The notes under the pieces are model-generated. The model was not told the origin of the DNA. It saw only the letters and a list, made by a program, of their open reading frames with translations, and searched no databases. 64,000 nt of DNA from an uncultured Gaiellales bacterium (lineage in GTDB: Bacteria; Actinomycetota; Thermoleophilia; RBG-16-64-13), in assembly GCA_964399135.1 (NCBI GenBank), contig CAYNPL010000011.1:28539-92538 (forward strand). The letters run 5' to 3'. The translations under genes and the position numbers were made by a program. Position 1 is the stretch's first letter. Each line of letters begins with the position of its first letter. Positions 1 through 9,224 of the stretch are shown here, one piece after another.

Positions 1-126
1 ACCGATGAGGGTGGCCGATTTCGTGTAGCGATCGAGGATGACGGGCAGATACGTGGTCACCAAGGAGAGACCGGTGGCGAAGCCCAGAGTGGGGAGCGTC
101 AGCACCAGTATGGCGCGCACGCTCAT
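1..126 (-). CDS. partial CDS: N-terminal ~42 aa of a polytopic membrane (transporter-like) protein that continues beyond the window start
   Basis: Reverse complement of 1-126 reads MSVRAILVLTLPTLGFATGLSLVTTYLPVILDRYTKSATLIG with ATG at 124-126; hydrophobic TM-like N-terminus; no stop before window edge. Confidence 0.3.
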   Translation of the reverse strand, partial: MSVRAILVLTLPTLGFATGLSLVTTYLPVILDRYTKSATLIG

Positions 127-318
127 CTTCTGATCCGCGGTCACGCGGTGTTGTCCTCCCCCTCTGGTCGCTCCGAGCCTCTGCGGATTCTATCATTGGG
201 GGGCGGGGGGCGTGTGGGCCGCCGGTGCCTCTGGGGGGGCCGCCCTCGCTGGCGGCGGGGGGGGGGGCTGGGGGGCCCCGCCCCGGCCCCCGGGCCGGCT
301 CTCCCGGTCAGAGAACGG

Positions 319-906
319 TCACTTCGCCGCCGCGTAGTTGGCCGCCACGAAGTCCCAATCCACCAGCGAAGCCAAGAAGGTCTCGACGTACTTGGGACGC
401 AGGTTCCGGTAATCGATGTAGTAGGCGTGTTCCCACACATCGACGGTGAGAAGGGCGGTCTGGCCGTGCTTCAGGGGAAGGTCGGCGTTGCCCGTCTTAG
501 TGACCTTGAGGGCGTCCCCTTCCAGCACCAGCCAGGCCCAACCCGAGCCGAACTGGGTGACTGCGGCCTGGGTGAACTCGGTCTTGAAGGTGTCGAAGGA
601 ACCGAAAGCGGCCTCGATGGCGGCCGCCAGTTCTCCGGTGGGCTCGCCTCCGCCCCCCGGCTTCATGCAGTGCCAGTAGAACGTGTGGTTCCAAACCTGG
701 GCGGCGTTGTTGAAGAGACCGCCGTCGGCCACCATGATGATGTCTTCCAGGCTGCGGCCGGCGAGTTCGGTGCCCTCGATGAGGCCGTTCAGGTTATTGA
801 CGTATGCGTTGTGGTGCTTGCCGTGGTGGTATTCCAAGGTCTCCGCGCTCAGATAGGGAGCAAGAGCGTCCTTGGCATACGGCAGTTCTGGCAACGTGAA
901 GGCCAT
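319..906 (-). CDS. sodA: Fe/Mn superoxide dismutase
   Basis: 195 aa; MAFTLPELPYAKDALAPYLSAETLEYHHGKHH...DVWEHAYYIDYRN, canonical Fe/Mn-SOD metal-ligand motifs. Confidence 0.92.
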   Translation of the reverse strand: MAFTLPELPYAKDALAPYLSAETLEYHHGKHHNAYVNNLNGLIEGTELAGRSLEDIIMVADGGLFNNAAQVWNHTFYWHCMKPGGGGEPTGELAAAIEAAFGSFDTFKTEFTQAAVTQFGSGWAWLVLEGDALKVTKTGNADLPLKHGQTALLTVDVWEHAYYIDYRNLRPKYVETFLASLVDWDFVAANYAAAK

Positions 907-989
907 CTGCGTCTCCTTGGTCGGGCTGTCTGCGTTCTACCCGCCTCTACCCGGAAGACCTGACCGCCCAAACCCGACCGCCACCGGTC

Positions 990-2327
990 CTATCTGCCGG
1001 TGAGACCCTTCTCCCGCAGGAAGGCCCGGATCAAGTCCGACAGGCGCGGCTCTCCCCGCTCGGCCATCTCGTAACCCACCTGGACCATCGGCTTGGCGAT
1101 ATTGATGAGGCTCCCGATCGAGAAGGGAGTAGCACTCACCACCACATCGGCCGGGACGGCGTTGATGCTGGCTTCCAGATCGCGCAGCTGTTCTTCGTAG
1201 TAGCCCACGGCGGGGAGGATGGGCCCGAGGTGAGGGTAGGCCGCGTAGACGTCCACCAGCTTGCCCCGGGCGTACGGACGGGGATCGACCATCTCCGCGG
1301 CCCCGAACTGATGGGCCGCCTGCGCTCCCGCCCCGGTGGCCATGCCGCCGTGAGTCAAAGTCGGCCCGTCCTCCACCACCAGCACCCGCGCCCCTCTGAT
1401 CCGCTCGCCGTCGGCGGCGGTGATGACCGAATCCGCCTTGACCACCACCGCCCTCGGGTTGGTGGCCTGGATGTTGGCGAGCACCCGGGACACGTTCTCG
1501 AGGGGGGCGCTGCTGACTTTGTTTATCACGGCGACGTCGGCCCGGCGCAGATTGACCTCACCCGGGTGGTAGGCCAGTTCGTGGCCAGGGCGGAAGGGGT
1601 CGAGAACGACGATCTCGAGATCGGCGCGCAGGAAGGAGAAGTCGTTGTTGCCCCCGTCCCATACGATAAGGGACGCCTCCTTCTGCGCCTCCTCTACAAT
1701 AGCCTGGTAGTCGACCCCGGCCCACACGGGCAGCCCTCGGCGCACATGCGGCTCGTAATCTTCTCGCTCCTCAACCGTGGCCCCGTAACGGTCAAGATCG
1801 GCCAGGCTGGCGAACCGCTGCACCCGCTGCGCAGTGAGGTCACCATACGGCATGGGGTGGCGGATGATGGCCGGCCGCACCCCCTCCCGCACCAACACGT
1901 CGGCGATGAACCGGGAGACCGGGCTCTTGCCGGCTCCTGTGCGCACCGCCAGCACGGAGATGACCGGGACCGCGCACCGCAGGGCGGTGCTCCCCGGGCC
2001 CAGCAGCGAGAAATCGGCTCCGGCCGCGAGCACTCGGGAAGCCTGGTGCATGACGAACTCGTGGGAGACATCGCTGTACGCGAAGACGACCTCGTCGATG
2101 CCGTGATCACGGATAAGACCATCCAGTTCGCTCTCGGGGACGATCGGTATCCCGTCCGGGTACAAAGGCCCGGCCAGAGCCGGCGGGTAGGTGCGTCGAT
2201 CGATCCCCGGGATCTGGGTGGCGGTGAAGGCCACCACGCGGGTGTTGGGGTCGTCGCGGTAGACCACGTTGAAGTTGTGGAAATCGCGCCCGGCGGCGCC
2301 CATTATGACCACACGCGTATGCTTCAA
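990..2327 (-). CDS. P-loop protein of the cyclic 2,3-diphosphoglycerate synthetase-like family (paralog of the ORF at 53673-55073)
   Basis: 445 aa; TTG start at 2325-2327 with AGGAGG SD 6 nt upstream; Walker-A-like RTGAGKSP; shares conserved blocks with ORF 53673-55073 (GIPIV/GLPVV, EVVFAYSDVSHEF..GP vs EVVVDLSDEPVLGY..GP, VRTGAGKSPVS vs IGTGKRVGKTAVS); family assignment from memory, not searched. Confidence 0.5.
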   Translation of the reverse strand: MKHTRVVIMGAAGRDFHNFNVVYRDDPNTRVVAFTATQIPGIDRRTYPPALAGPLYPDGIPIVPESELDGLIRDHGIDEVVFAYSDVSHEFVMHQASRVLAAGADFSLLGPGSTALRCAVPVISVLAVRTGAGKSPVSRFIADVLVREGVRPAIIRHPMPYGDLTAQRVQRFASLADLDRYGATVEEREDYEPHVRRGLPVWAGVDYQAIVEEAQKEASLIVWDGGNNDFSFLRADLEIVVLDPFRPGHELAYHPGEVNLRRADVAVINKVSSAPLENVSRVLANIQATNPRAVVVKADSVITAADGERIRGARVLVVEDGPTLTHGGMATGAGAQAAHQFGAAEMVDPRPYARGKLVDVYAAYPHLGPILPAVGYYEEQLRDLEASINAVPADVVVSATPFSIGSLINIAKPMVQVGYEMAERGEPRLSDLIRAFLREKGLTGR

Positions 2328-2597
2328 CGTCCGCCTCCTGTATGCGCCGGCTGCCTCAGTCCTTCAGCAGGGTATCACTGCATTCTAGATGGCAGAGGCC
2401 CCTTCCGAAAGGAAGGAGCCTCGCTGTAGCAGCCCTGTAAGCCGGATTCTGTCCTACGAGCTGCTGGGGAGCAAACCCCGGCCGACATGACGCACTGGCC
2501 GGCGCGATACCGCGTCCTCGGTCACTCACGTAGCGCTGCTACGCTCGCCTCCCGAGTCCTTCTCTCGCGCGCGGCCATCACGCCCTGCCGGCGAGGC

Positions 2598-2948
2598 GTG
2601 TTCCCCAGCAGCCCGCGTGGGTAGCCATCTATCTGTGGCCGGCCGTTGCCGGACGGCTCTTGCGGCCAACCCGGAGACTCGGGCGAGCAACCCTCGGACG
2701 TCTCCATATTCGGCCTTGCACCGGGTGGGGCTTGCCTGGCCGTCGTGTCACCACGACGCCGGTGCGCTCTTACCGCACCATTTCACCTTCGCAGCCGGCA
2801 GCGCCGGTTCTGCTGTGTCATTTCTGTTGCGCTTTCCCTAGGGTTTCCCCCGCTGGACGTTATCCAGCACCCTGCTCTGCGGTGTCCGGACTTTCCTCGA
2901 AGACCCGCAAGGCGGATCCCCGCGGCTACCCGGGCTGCAGGAGAAGTA
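2598..2948 (-). ncRNA. rnpB: RNase P RNA, bacterial type A
   Basis: Minus-strand read contains GAGGAAAGUCCGGAC (P4), AGGGUGAAAUGGUGCGGUAAGAGCGCACC, ACAGAUAGAUGGCU near the 3' end, and P1 pairing CAGCCCG/CGGGCUG; no credible protein ORF; ends approximate +/-10 nt. Confidence 0.8.
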
Positions 2949-2997
2949 TAGCAACCCCAGTTCCGCGGGGCAGCCGGACGCCGGCCGCCCGTGCGGG

Positions 2998-4029
2998 CTA
3001 CAAGTCCTCCAGGGGCCCGGTCTGGTGACGCAGGTCCTCTGGGATGGGAAAAGACTTCGCGAAATGGCACGCCGCCTGGTGCCCGGAAGCCACCTCACGC
3101 AGGGGCGGCTCCTCCTCTTTGCAGAGCGGGAACTGGGCGATGGGGCAGCGGGTATGGAAGCGGCACCCGCTCGGGGGCTTGATGGGGCTGGGCACGTCGC
3201 CGCGCAGGATGATGCGGGTGCGCTGCCTCTGCTTCTCGGGGTCGGGCACGGGCGCAGCCGAGAGCAGCGACTGGGTGTAGGGGTGGTGCGGGTCGTTGTA
3301 GACCTCCCGCCAGCCCCCCAGTTCCACCACCTTGCCCAGGTACATCACGGCGACGCGGTCGCAGATGTGCCGCACGACGGCGAGATCGTGAGCGATGAAC
3401 AAATAAGTGAGCCCGAACTCTTCCTGCAGCTCTTCCAGCAGGTTGATGATCTGGGCTTGGATCGAGACGTCCAGGGCCGACACCGGCTCGTCGCAGATGA
3501 TCATCTTCGGCCGGAGCATCAGGGCTCTGGCGATGCCGCACCTCTGCCTCTGACCGCCGGAGAACTCGTGGGGATAGCGGTGGATATGCTCAGGGTTGAG
3601 GCCCACGATCTCCAGCATCTCCTTGCACCGCTGCTCCCGCTCCCGGCGGGTGCCGATACCGTGGATGACCAAGGGCTCGGACATGATCTCGCCGAAGGTC
3701 ATGCGGGGGTTGAGCGAAGCGTAGGGATCTTGGAAGATAAACTGGACGTCCCGGCGGAAGGCCTTGAGCTTGCGGCCCTTGAGACTGCCGACGTTGGTGC
3801 CTTCGAAATGGACAGAGCCGGCGGTGGGCTCGAGCAGCCGGATGATACAGCGGCCGGTGGTGGATTTCCCGCAGCCCGATTCGCCCACCAGGCCGAGGGT
3901 CTCCCCCTGCTCCACCGAGAAGGTGACGTCGTCGACCGCTTTGACACTGTCCCCCCACCGCGACAGGATGACCCCCTTGCTCACCGGGAAGTGCTTGGTC
4001 AGGCCTTCGACCTGCAGCAGCGGGCTCAT
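2998..4029 (-). CDS. oppF: oligopeptide/dipeptide ABC transporter ATP-binding protein (OppF-type)
   Basis: Start MSPLLQVEGLTKHF at 4029 overlapping upstream stop (ATGA); Walker A GESGCGKST, signature FSGGQRQR, C-terminal oligopeptide-transporter Cys-rich tail. Confidence 0.88.
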   Translation of the reverse strand: MSPLLQVEGLTKHFPVSKGVILSRWGDSVKAVDDVTFSVEQGETLGLVGESGCGKSTTGRCIIRLLEPTAGSVHFEGTNVGSLKGRKLKAFRRDVQFIFQDPYASLNPRMTFGEIMSEPLVIHGIGTRREREQRCKEMLEIVGLNPEHIHRYPHEFSGGQRQRCGIARALMLRPKMIICDEPVSALDVSIQAQIINLLEELQEEFGLTYLFIAHDLAVVRHICDRVAVMYLGKVVELGGWREVYNDPHHPYTQSLLSAAPVPDPEKQRQRTRIILRGDVPSPIKPPSGCRFHTRCPIAQFPLCKEEEPPLREVASGHQAACHFAKSFPIPEDLRHQTGPLEDL

Positions 4030-5066
4030 CGGCCGCCACCCCCGTCTGGAGTGCCCACGTAGCAGGAACGAGCGGCCAGCCGGGCGACGAACTCCGCGTC
4101 TCCGGCGAAATGGCAGGACGAGAAATGATCCGGCTTGAACTCCAAGAGGGGCGGTACGCTCGTACGGCACATGGGCTGAGCGAACTCACAGCGCGGGTTG
4201 AAGGCGCAGCCGGGTGGGAGATGGATGAGGCTGGGCGGCTGCCCCTTGATAGGGCAGAGGGCGCCTTTCTCGTCCACGTCGTGCCGGGGCAGGCTCTCCA
4301 GCAGGCCGAGGGTGTAGGGATGGAGCGGCCGGTAGAAGACTTCGTCGGCCTCGCCGAATTCCACCGCCTTCCCTCCGTACATGACCAGGATGTGGTCGGC
4401 CATGTCGGCCACCACCCCCAGATCGTGCGTGATCATGATGATGGCCGAGTCGGTGTTCTTCTGTATCTCCTGCATGAGCTCCAAGATCTGCGCCTGGATG
4501 GTGACGTCCAGCGCGGTGGTGGGCTCATCGGCGATGAGGATATCGGGGCCGCAGGCCAACGCCATGGCTATCATGGCCCGCTGGCGCATGCCCCCCGAGA
4601 ACTCGTGGGGGTACTGGCGCGCCCGCTCTTCAGCCTGGGGGATGCCCACCTGCTTGAGGAGCTCGACCGCCGCCGCCCAGGAGTCGTTCTTGCTCATGTT
4701 CTTGTGGATGCGCAGGGGTTCGGCTATCTGCTTGCCGATGCGCTGCACAGGGTTGAGTGAGGTCATCGGGTCCTGGAAGATCATGGCGATCCGGTTGCCT
4801 CGCAGAGCCCGCTGCTCCTTCTCCGGCATGGCCAGGATGCTCTCCCCCTTGAAGCGGATGTCGCCGCTGACCACTTTGCCCGGCGGCTCCGGGACCAGAC
4901 GCATGATGGAGAGGGCCGTGACCGACTTGCCGGACCCGGATTCTCCCACCACGCCGAGCGTCCGCCCGGCCTCAAGGGTGAAGGTGACCCCGTCGACGGC
5001 CTTGACCACGCCGTCGCGCGTGAAGAAGTGCATGTGGAGATCGTCGACTTCAAGCAGCGGGGCCAC
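4026..5066 (-). CDS. oppD: oligopeptide/dipeptide ABC transporter ATP-binding protein (OppD-type)
   Basis: 346 aa; GESGSGKSVT Walker A, FSGGMRQR signature, OppD C-terminal domain. Confidence 0.88.
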   Translation of the reverse strand: MAPLLEVDDLHMHFFTRDGVVKAVDGVTFTLEAGRTLGVVGESGSGKSVTALSIMRLVPEPPGKVVSGDIRFKGESILAMPEKEQRALRGNRIAMIFQDPMTSLNPVQRIGKQIAEPLRIHKNMSKNDSWAAAVELLKQVGIPQAEERARQYPHEFSGGMRQRAMIAMALACGPDILIADEPTTALDVTIQAQILELMQEIQKNTDSAIIMITHDLGVVADMADHILVMYGGKAVEFGEADEVFYRPLHPYTLGLLESLPRHDVDEKGALCPIKGQPPSLIHLPPGCAFNPRCEFAQPMCRTSVPPLLEFKPDHFSSCHFAGDAEFVARLAARSCYVGTPDGGGGR

Positions 5067-5069
5067 GTA

Positions 5070-6038
5070 CTACTCCTTCAGCTTCACGTCCATGGCGTCA
5101 CGCAATCCGTCACCGAGGAGGACGAAACCCAGCACTGTGGTGAGGATGGCGAGACCGGGATAGACCATGAGCCAGGGCGCGGTGAAGAGGTACGACCGGG
5201 CCTCCGACAGCATGAGTCCCCAAGACGGGGCGGGAGGCTGCACCCCCATCCCCAAGAAGCTCAAGGCGGCCTCGGTGAGGATCGCCCCTCCGATGCTCAT
5301 GGTCGCGTACACGATGATGGGCGAGATAGAGTTGGGCATGATGTGCCGCGAGAGCAGCCTGGAGGTGGACGCTCCCATGGCCCGGGCGGCATCGACGTAT
5401 TCGTTCTTCTTGATCCCCAGGATGGAGCTGCGAAAGACCCGGGCGATGCTCGGCCAGCCCAGAATACCGATGGCGATGAAGACGTTCTGGAAGCCCTTAC
5501 CCAGTACGGCGATCAGCGCTACGGCGAAGAGTATGTAGGGGAAGGCGAAGAACACGTCGGCAGTGCGCATGATCAGGCTGTCCCAAATGCCCCCATAGTA
5601 GGCGGCGATGGCCCCGAGGACGAGCCCGATGACAACCATGATGAAGACCGCCACGACACCCACGAGGAGGGAGACCCGGGCTCCGTAGATGATCCTGGAG
5701 GCGATGTCCCTGCCCAGCTTGTCGGTGCCGAAAGGATGCTCCGCCGAGGGGGGTTGCAGGCTCTCTTCCGCCACGGTGGCGGTGTCGATAGCGATAGGGT
5801 CGCCCAGGGTCTGCGGCACCCAAAGGTCGGCGGTGACGGCGATCAGCACCACGAAGATTATCCACACCAATCCGGCCATGGCCAGCTTGTTCTTGCGCAG
5901 CCGGCGGAAGGCATCGGCCCGCAGTGTGCGCCCTTTGCCCGCGAAGACCTGCTCTTCAACCGGCGGCAGGTCCGCCGGGCCGGCTTGAGCCGCGACTTCA
6001 GGGGGCGCGATGGGCTCTTTCTTCTTCTTCCTAAACAT
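5070..6038 (-). CDS. oppC: peptide ABC transporter permease (OppC/DppC-type)
   Basis: 322 aa, 6 TM, binding-protein-dependent transport systems inner membrane component (EAA loop region present), operon position. Confidence 0.85.
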   Translation of the reverse strand: MFRKKKKEPIAPPEVAAQAGPADLPPVEEQVFAGKGRTLRADAFRRLRKNKLAMAGLVWIIFVVLIAVTADLWVPQTLGDPIAIDTATVAEESLQPPSAEHPFGTDKLGRDIASRIIYGARVSLLVGVVAVFIMVVIGLVLGAIAAYYGGIWDSLIMRTADVFFAFPYILFAVALIAVLGKGFQNVFIAIGILGWPSIARVFRSSILGIKKNEYVDAARAMGASTSRLLSRHIMPNSISPIIVYATMSIGGAILTEAALSFLGMGVQPPAPSWGLMLSEARSYLFTAPWLMVYPGLAILTTVLGFVLLGDGLRDAMDVKLKE

Positions 6039-6046
6039 GACCCACC

Positions 6047-7018
6047 CTACGCCTCGTGCCGGCCGTAGCGGATACGCGGGTCGAGGAAGGCGTAACTGAT
6101 ATCGACAAGGAGGTTGATGATCATCACCAGTATGACGATGATGATGGTCCCTCCCATGACGATCGGCCAGTCACGCTGGCCGATGGCCAGGTACATCTCA
6201 TAACCGATGCCCGGCCAGTTGAACACCGTCTCGGTCAAGATGGTCCCCCCGATCATGGCACCCAAGTCGAGCCCAAGGAAGGTGACCACCGGGATGAGTG
6301 CGTTCTTCATGGCGTGCCGGCTGATCACCCGGCGATAAGAGAGACCTTTGGCCGAAGCGGTGCGGATGTAGTCCTGTCCTGTGACCTCCAGCAGCTGGCT
6401 GCGTTGGATGCGGGCCGCGTACGCAGTGGAGACCGCAGCCAGGGTGACGGCCGGGAGGATGAGATGCATGAAGTCGGGGAACCGGGCCGAGGACATGCCC
6501 GAGACAGGCAGGTAGGGCAGGCCCCATTCCCTGAACTTGACCCCGAAGATGACCTGCAGCATCATCCCCAGCCAGAAGACAGGGATGGACACCAACACCG
6601 ACGTGCTCAGCGTCACCAGGATGTCCCAAAACGAGTAGCGCTTGATGGCGGATATGACTCCCGCACTGATCCCGAAGACCATCTCGATGATGATCGCGGC
6701 CAAGGCGAGCTTGATGGTGTTGGGCAGCTTGTCCAAGAGGATGGAGGCGACCGACCGGCCCTTCTGATAGGAATCGCCCAGGTCGCCCTGCAGCAGGGCC
6801 TTCATGTAGTTTGCGTACTGGACGACCAAGGGCTCGTCGAGGCCGTACTTTTCGACGATCTGGTTATACAGGGTCTCGGAGATGGCCTTCTCGCCGGTGA
6901 TCATGCGGACCGGATCACCAGGCAGGATGCCGGGCGCCCGCAGGATGAAGAGGATGATGGTCACCCCGATGAACACCGGGATCATCTGGAGGATCCGGCG
7001 GATGATGTAACCGATCAT
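6047..7018 (-). CDS. oppB: peptide ABC transporter permease (OppB/DppB-type)
   Basis: 323 aa, MIGYIIRRILQMIPVF N-terminus typical of OppB/DppB permeases. Confidence 0.85.
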   Translation of the reverse strand: MIGYIIRRILQMIPVFIGVTIILFILRAPGILPGDPVRMITGEKAISETLYNQIVEKYGLDEPLVVQYANYMKALLQGDLGDSYQKGRSVASILLDKLPNTIKLALAAIIIEMVFGISAGVISAIKRYSFWDILVTLSTSVLVSIPVFWLGMMLQVIFGVKFREWGLPYLPVSGMSSARFPDFMHLILPAVTLAAVSTAYAARIQRSQLLEVTGQDYIRTASAKGLSYRRVISRHAMKNALIPVVTFLGLDLGAMIGGTILTETVFNWPGIGYEMYLAIGQRDWPIVMGGTIIIVILVMIINLLVDISYAFLDPRIRYGRHEA

Positions 7019-7124
7019 GCGGTGACCAAGGGGCAGGTATCAGCGGAGCCAAGGATGGGGCCCCCCGCGGGGGGCCCCATCCGAAACACACCTGACGTTG
7101 CTGGGAACACTAACGGCTGGGCCT

Positions 7125-8789
7125 CTATTGGGCGGCAGAGATCCAGACGACCGACAGGTTCGCAAGCCCCATGTTGTCGAACACGAAGCCATGGATGCGA
7201 TCCGATCCCACACGGCCGTGCCGGTAGACGTTGATGGGGATGACCGGGGCGTCGTCGCCGATCATCCGGTCGACTTCCTGATAGGCCTTGATACGGGAGT
7301 CGAGGTCGGGGTTGCTCCGCGCAGCCATCAAGGCTTCGTCGACCGCCGGATTGTTGTAGAAGGAATGGTTATCGGCGCTCGAGGAGTGGAAGAGCGGGAA
7401 CAGGAAGTTGTCCATGATCGGGTAGTCGGCCAGCCAGCCGAGACGGCCGACCTGGAACTCGCCCGCGTCCAGCTTGTCGAGGTACTGGGCCCACTCCACG
7501 CCGTCGAGCTTGCTCTTGACCCCGATGTCCAGGAAGTTGGCCTGCACCAGTGCCATCACGTCCTCATGGCCGCGGCCGCTGTTGAAACCGATGCTGATCT
7601 CGGGGAGGCCCTCTCCATTAGGATACCCGGCCTTGGCCAGCAGTTCTTTGGCCTGCTCGGGATCGTACTTGCAGTATGCCCACTGGTTGTCGAGATACCC
7701 GAGGATCCCGGAGGGGACGATGCCCGTGGCGGGAACCCGCATGCCTTCATAGACAGCGTCGCAGATGGCCTGGCGGTCGATGGCCAGCGAAAGGGCCCGG
7801 CGCAGGTCGACGTTCTTGATGATCTCGTCCTTGGTGTTCAACAGGAGGTAGTAGATGGAGACCTCAGGGCCCAGCAGCACCTGCTTGCCGGGTTCGACCG
7901 TATAGCCATCGGCGGACTCCCCGTACTCAGCCGCCACGGCTTTGACCTGGCCCGAAGGGATGACAGTGAAATCGAGGGTGCCGGCCTTGAACTCCAGGAA
8001 GGCGGTCTCGTCGTCCTTGAAGATCTTGAAGTCGACTCCGTCGAGGTAGGCCTCCTCGCCATAGAAGTCGTCGAAGCGGACCACCTTGATGTACTGGTCA
8101 TGCGCCCAGGGCTCGGCCATCATGAAGGGGCCGTTGCCGACCGGCTTCTCAGCGAACGCAGCCGCGTCCTTCTCCACCTCTTCCTTGGGCACCGGGCACA
8201 GAGACGGGTGGCTGACCACGAACTCGAAGTCGGCGAAGGGATACTCGAGAGTCACCTCGAGGGTGTAGTCGTCGACGACCTTGACCCCTTCCAACTCAGT
8301 GGCCGCACCGTCCTGCATGGCCTGGAAGCCCTTGACCGCGGACAGGTGGTAGGAGATCTCCGACTCGTTGACCGGGTTACAGATGCGCTCCCAGGCGTAC
8401 TTGAAGTCGGCTGCCGTCACCTTGCGCCCGTTATGGAACTTGCCGTCCTCGTTGAGCTTGAACGTCCACACGGTGGCGTCCGCGTTGGACTCCCAGCTCT
8501 CGGCGGCAGCGGGCACCAGCTTGCCGGCTTTGAAATCGAAAGCCAACAGGCTGTCGAACACGGAGTTGATGACCTGGATGCCCTCGGATTCCTGCCCGTT
8601 GACCGGGTCGATGAACGCGGGCTCACCGATGTAAAAGCTGAACGTGCCGCCCTTGACGGGCTTGCCACCGGCGCCTGTGGTGTCGGTAGTGCCCTCGTCA
8701 CCACAAGCGGTGAAGACCACCATCGTTCCGATCAGAGCCACCGCAAGGACGAGAGCAAGCCACACATGCTTTTTCCTCATCTGCTTCAA
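7125..8789 (-). CDS. oppA: peptide ABC transporter substrate-binding lipoprotein (family 5 SBP, OppA/DppA-like)
   Basis: 554 aa; signal peptide plus lipobox-like VFTAC, SBP_bac_5 architecture, first gene of the opp-type operon. Confidence 0.85.
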   Translation of the reverse strand: MKQMRKKHVWLALVLAVALIGTMVVFTACGDEGTTDTTGAGGKPVKGGTFSFYIGEPAFIDPVNGQESEGIQVINSVFDSLLAFDFKAGKLVPAAAESWESNADATVWTFKLNEDGKFHNGRKVTAADFKYAWERICNPVNESEISYHLSAVKGFQAMQDGAATELEGVKVVDDYTLEVTLEYPFADFEFVVSHPSLCPVPKEEVEKDAAAFAEKPVGNGPFMMAEPWAHDQYIKVVRFDDFYGEEAYLDGVDFKIFKDDETAFLEFKAGTLDFTVIPSGQVKAVAAEYGESADGYTVEPGKQVLLGPEVSIYYLLLNTKDEIIKNVDLRRALSLAIDRQAICDAVYEGMRVPATGIVPSGILGYLDNQWAYCKYDPEQAKELLAKAGYPNGEGLPEISIGFNSGRGHEDVMALVQANFLDIGVKSKLDGVEWAQYLDKLDAGEFQVGRLGWLADYPIMDNFLFPLFHSSSADNHSFYNNPAVDEALMAARSNPDLDSRIKAYQEVDRMIGDDAPVIPINVYRHGRVGSDRIHGFVFDNMGLANLSVVWISAAQ

Positions 8790-8896
8790 CCCTCCTTCGC
8801 TTCTGGATACCCCACGCCAACCTGCCGAACCTTCACTTCTGATTCACCACCTCCTCCGCACGATCGTGCGACACGGGTGCTGATCCCAGTTCACTC

Positions 8897-9115
8897 TCAC
8901 ACGATATAGGCGAGAGCGATGGACACGATGAAGAACGCGACGGAGCAGGCGACAGTGAGACGGTCCAGGTTCTTCTGGATGACACCGCTCCCCCCGAAAG
9001 CGCCCGACCCTCCGAACGTGGTGGCCAAACCGGCACCCTTGCCGGAATGGAGGAAGACCAAGAGGAGGACCCCCAGGCCCAGAATGGTGTCGAGGGCAAC
9101 CAAGACGTACAACAC
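8897..9115 (-). CDS. secG: preprotein translocase subunit SecG
   Basis: 72 aa; two TM helices flanking Gly-rich GKGAGLATTFGGSGAFGGSG loop; conserved position after tpiA. Confidence 0.85.
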   Translation of the reverse strand: MLYVLVALDTILGLGVLLLVFLHSGKGAGLATTFGGSGAFGGSGVIQKNLDRLTVACSVAFFIVSIALAYIV

Positions 9116-9224
9116 TTGCGCATTCCCTTTCTCTCGAGACCCGGGCTTGCCCGCGGGTGGCTTACGTCGCCGCTTTGTTACGGTAAGTTACCACTCCGGA
9201 TGCTCTTTTGCATACGCATTGGGT

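Noticed and set aside
2522-3098. Six overlapping 60-120 aa ORFs in both orientations
   Set aside because: The region is the RNase P RNA gene; the ORFs are GC-skew artefacts.
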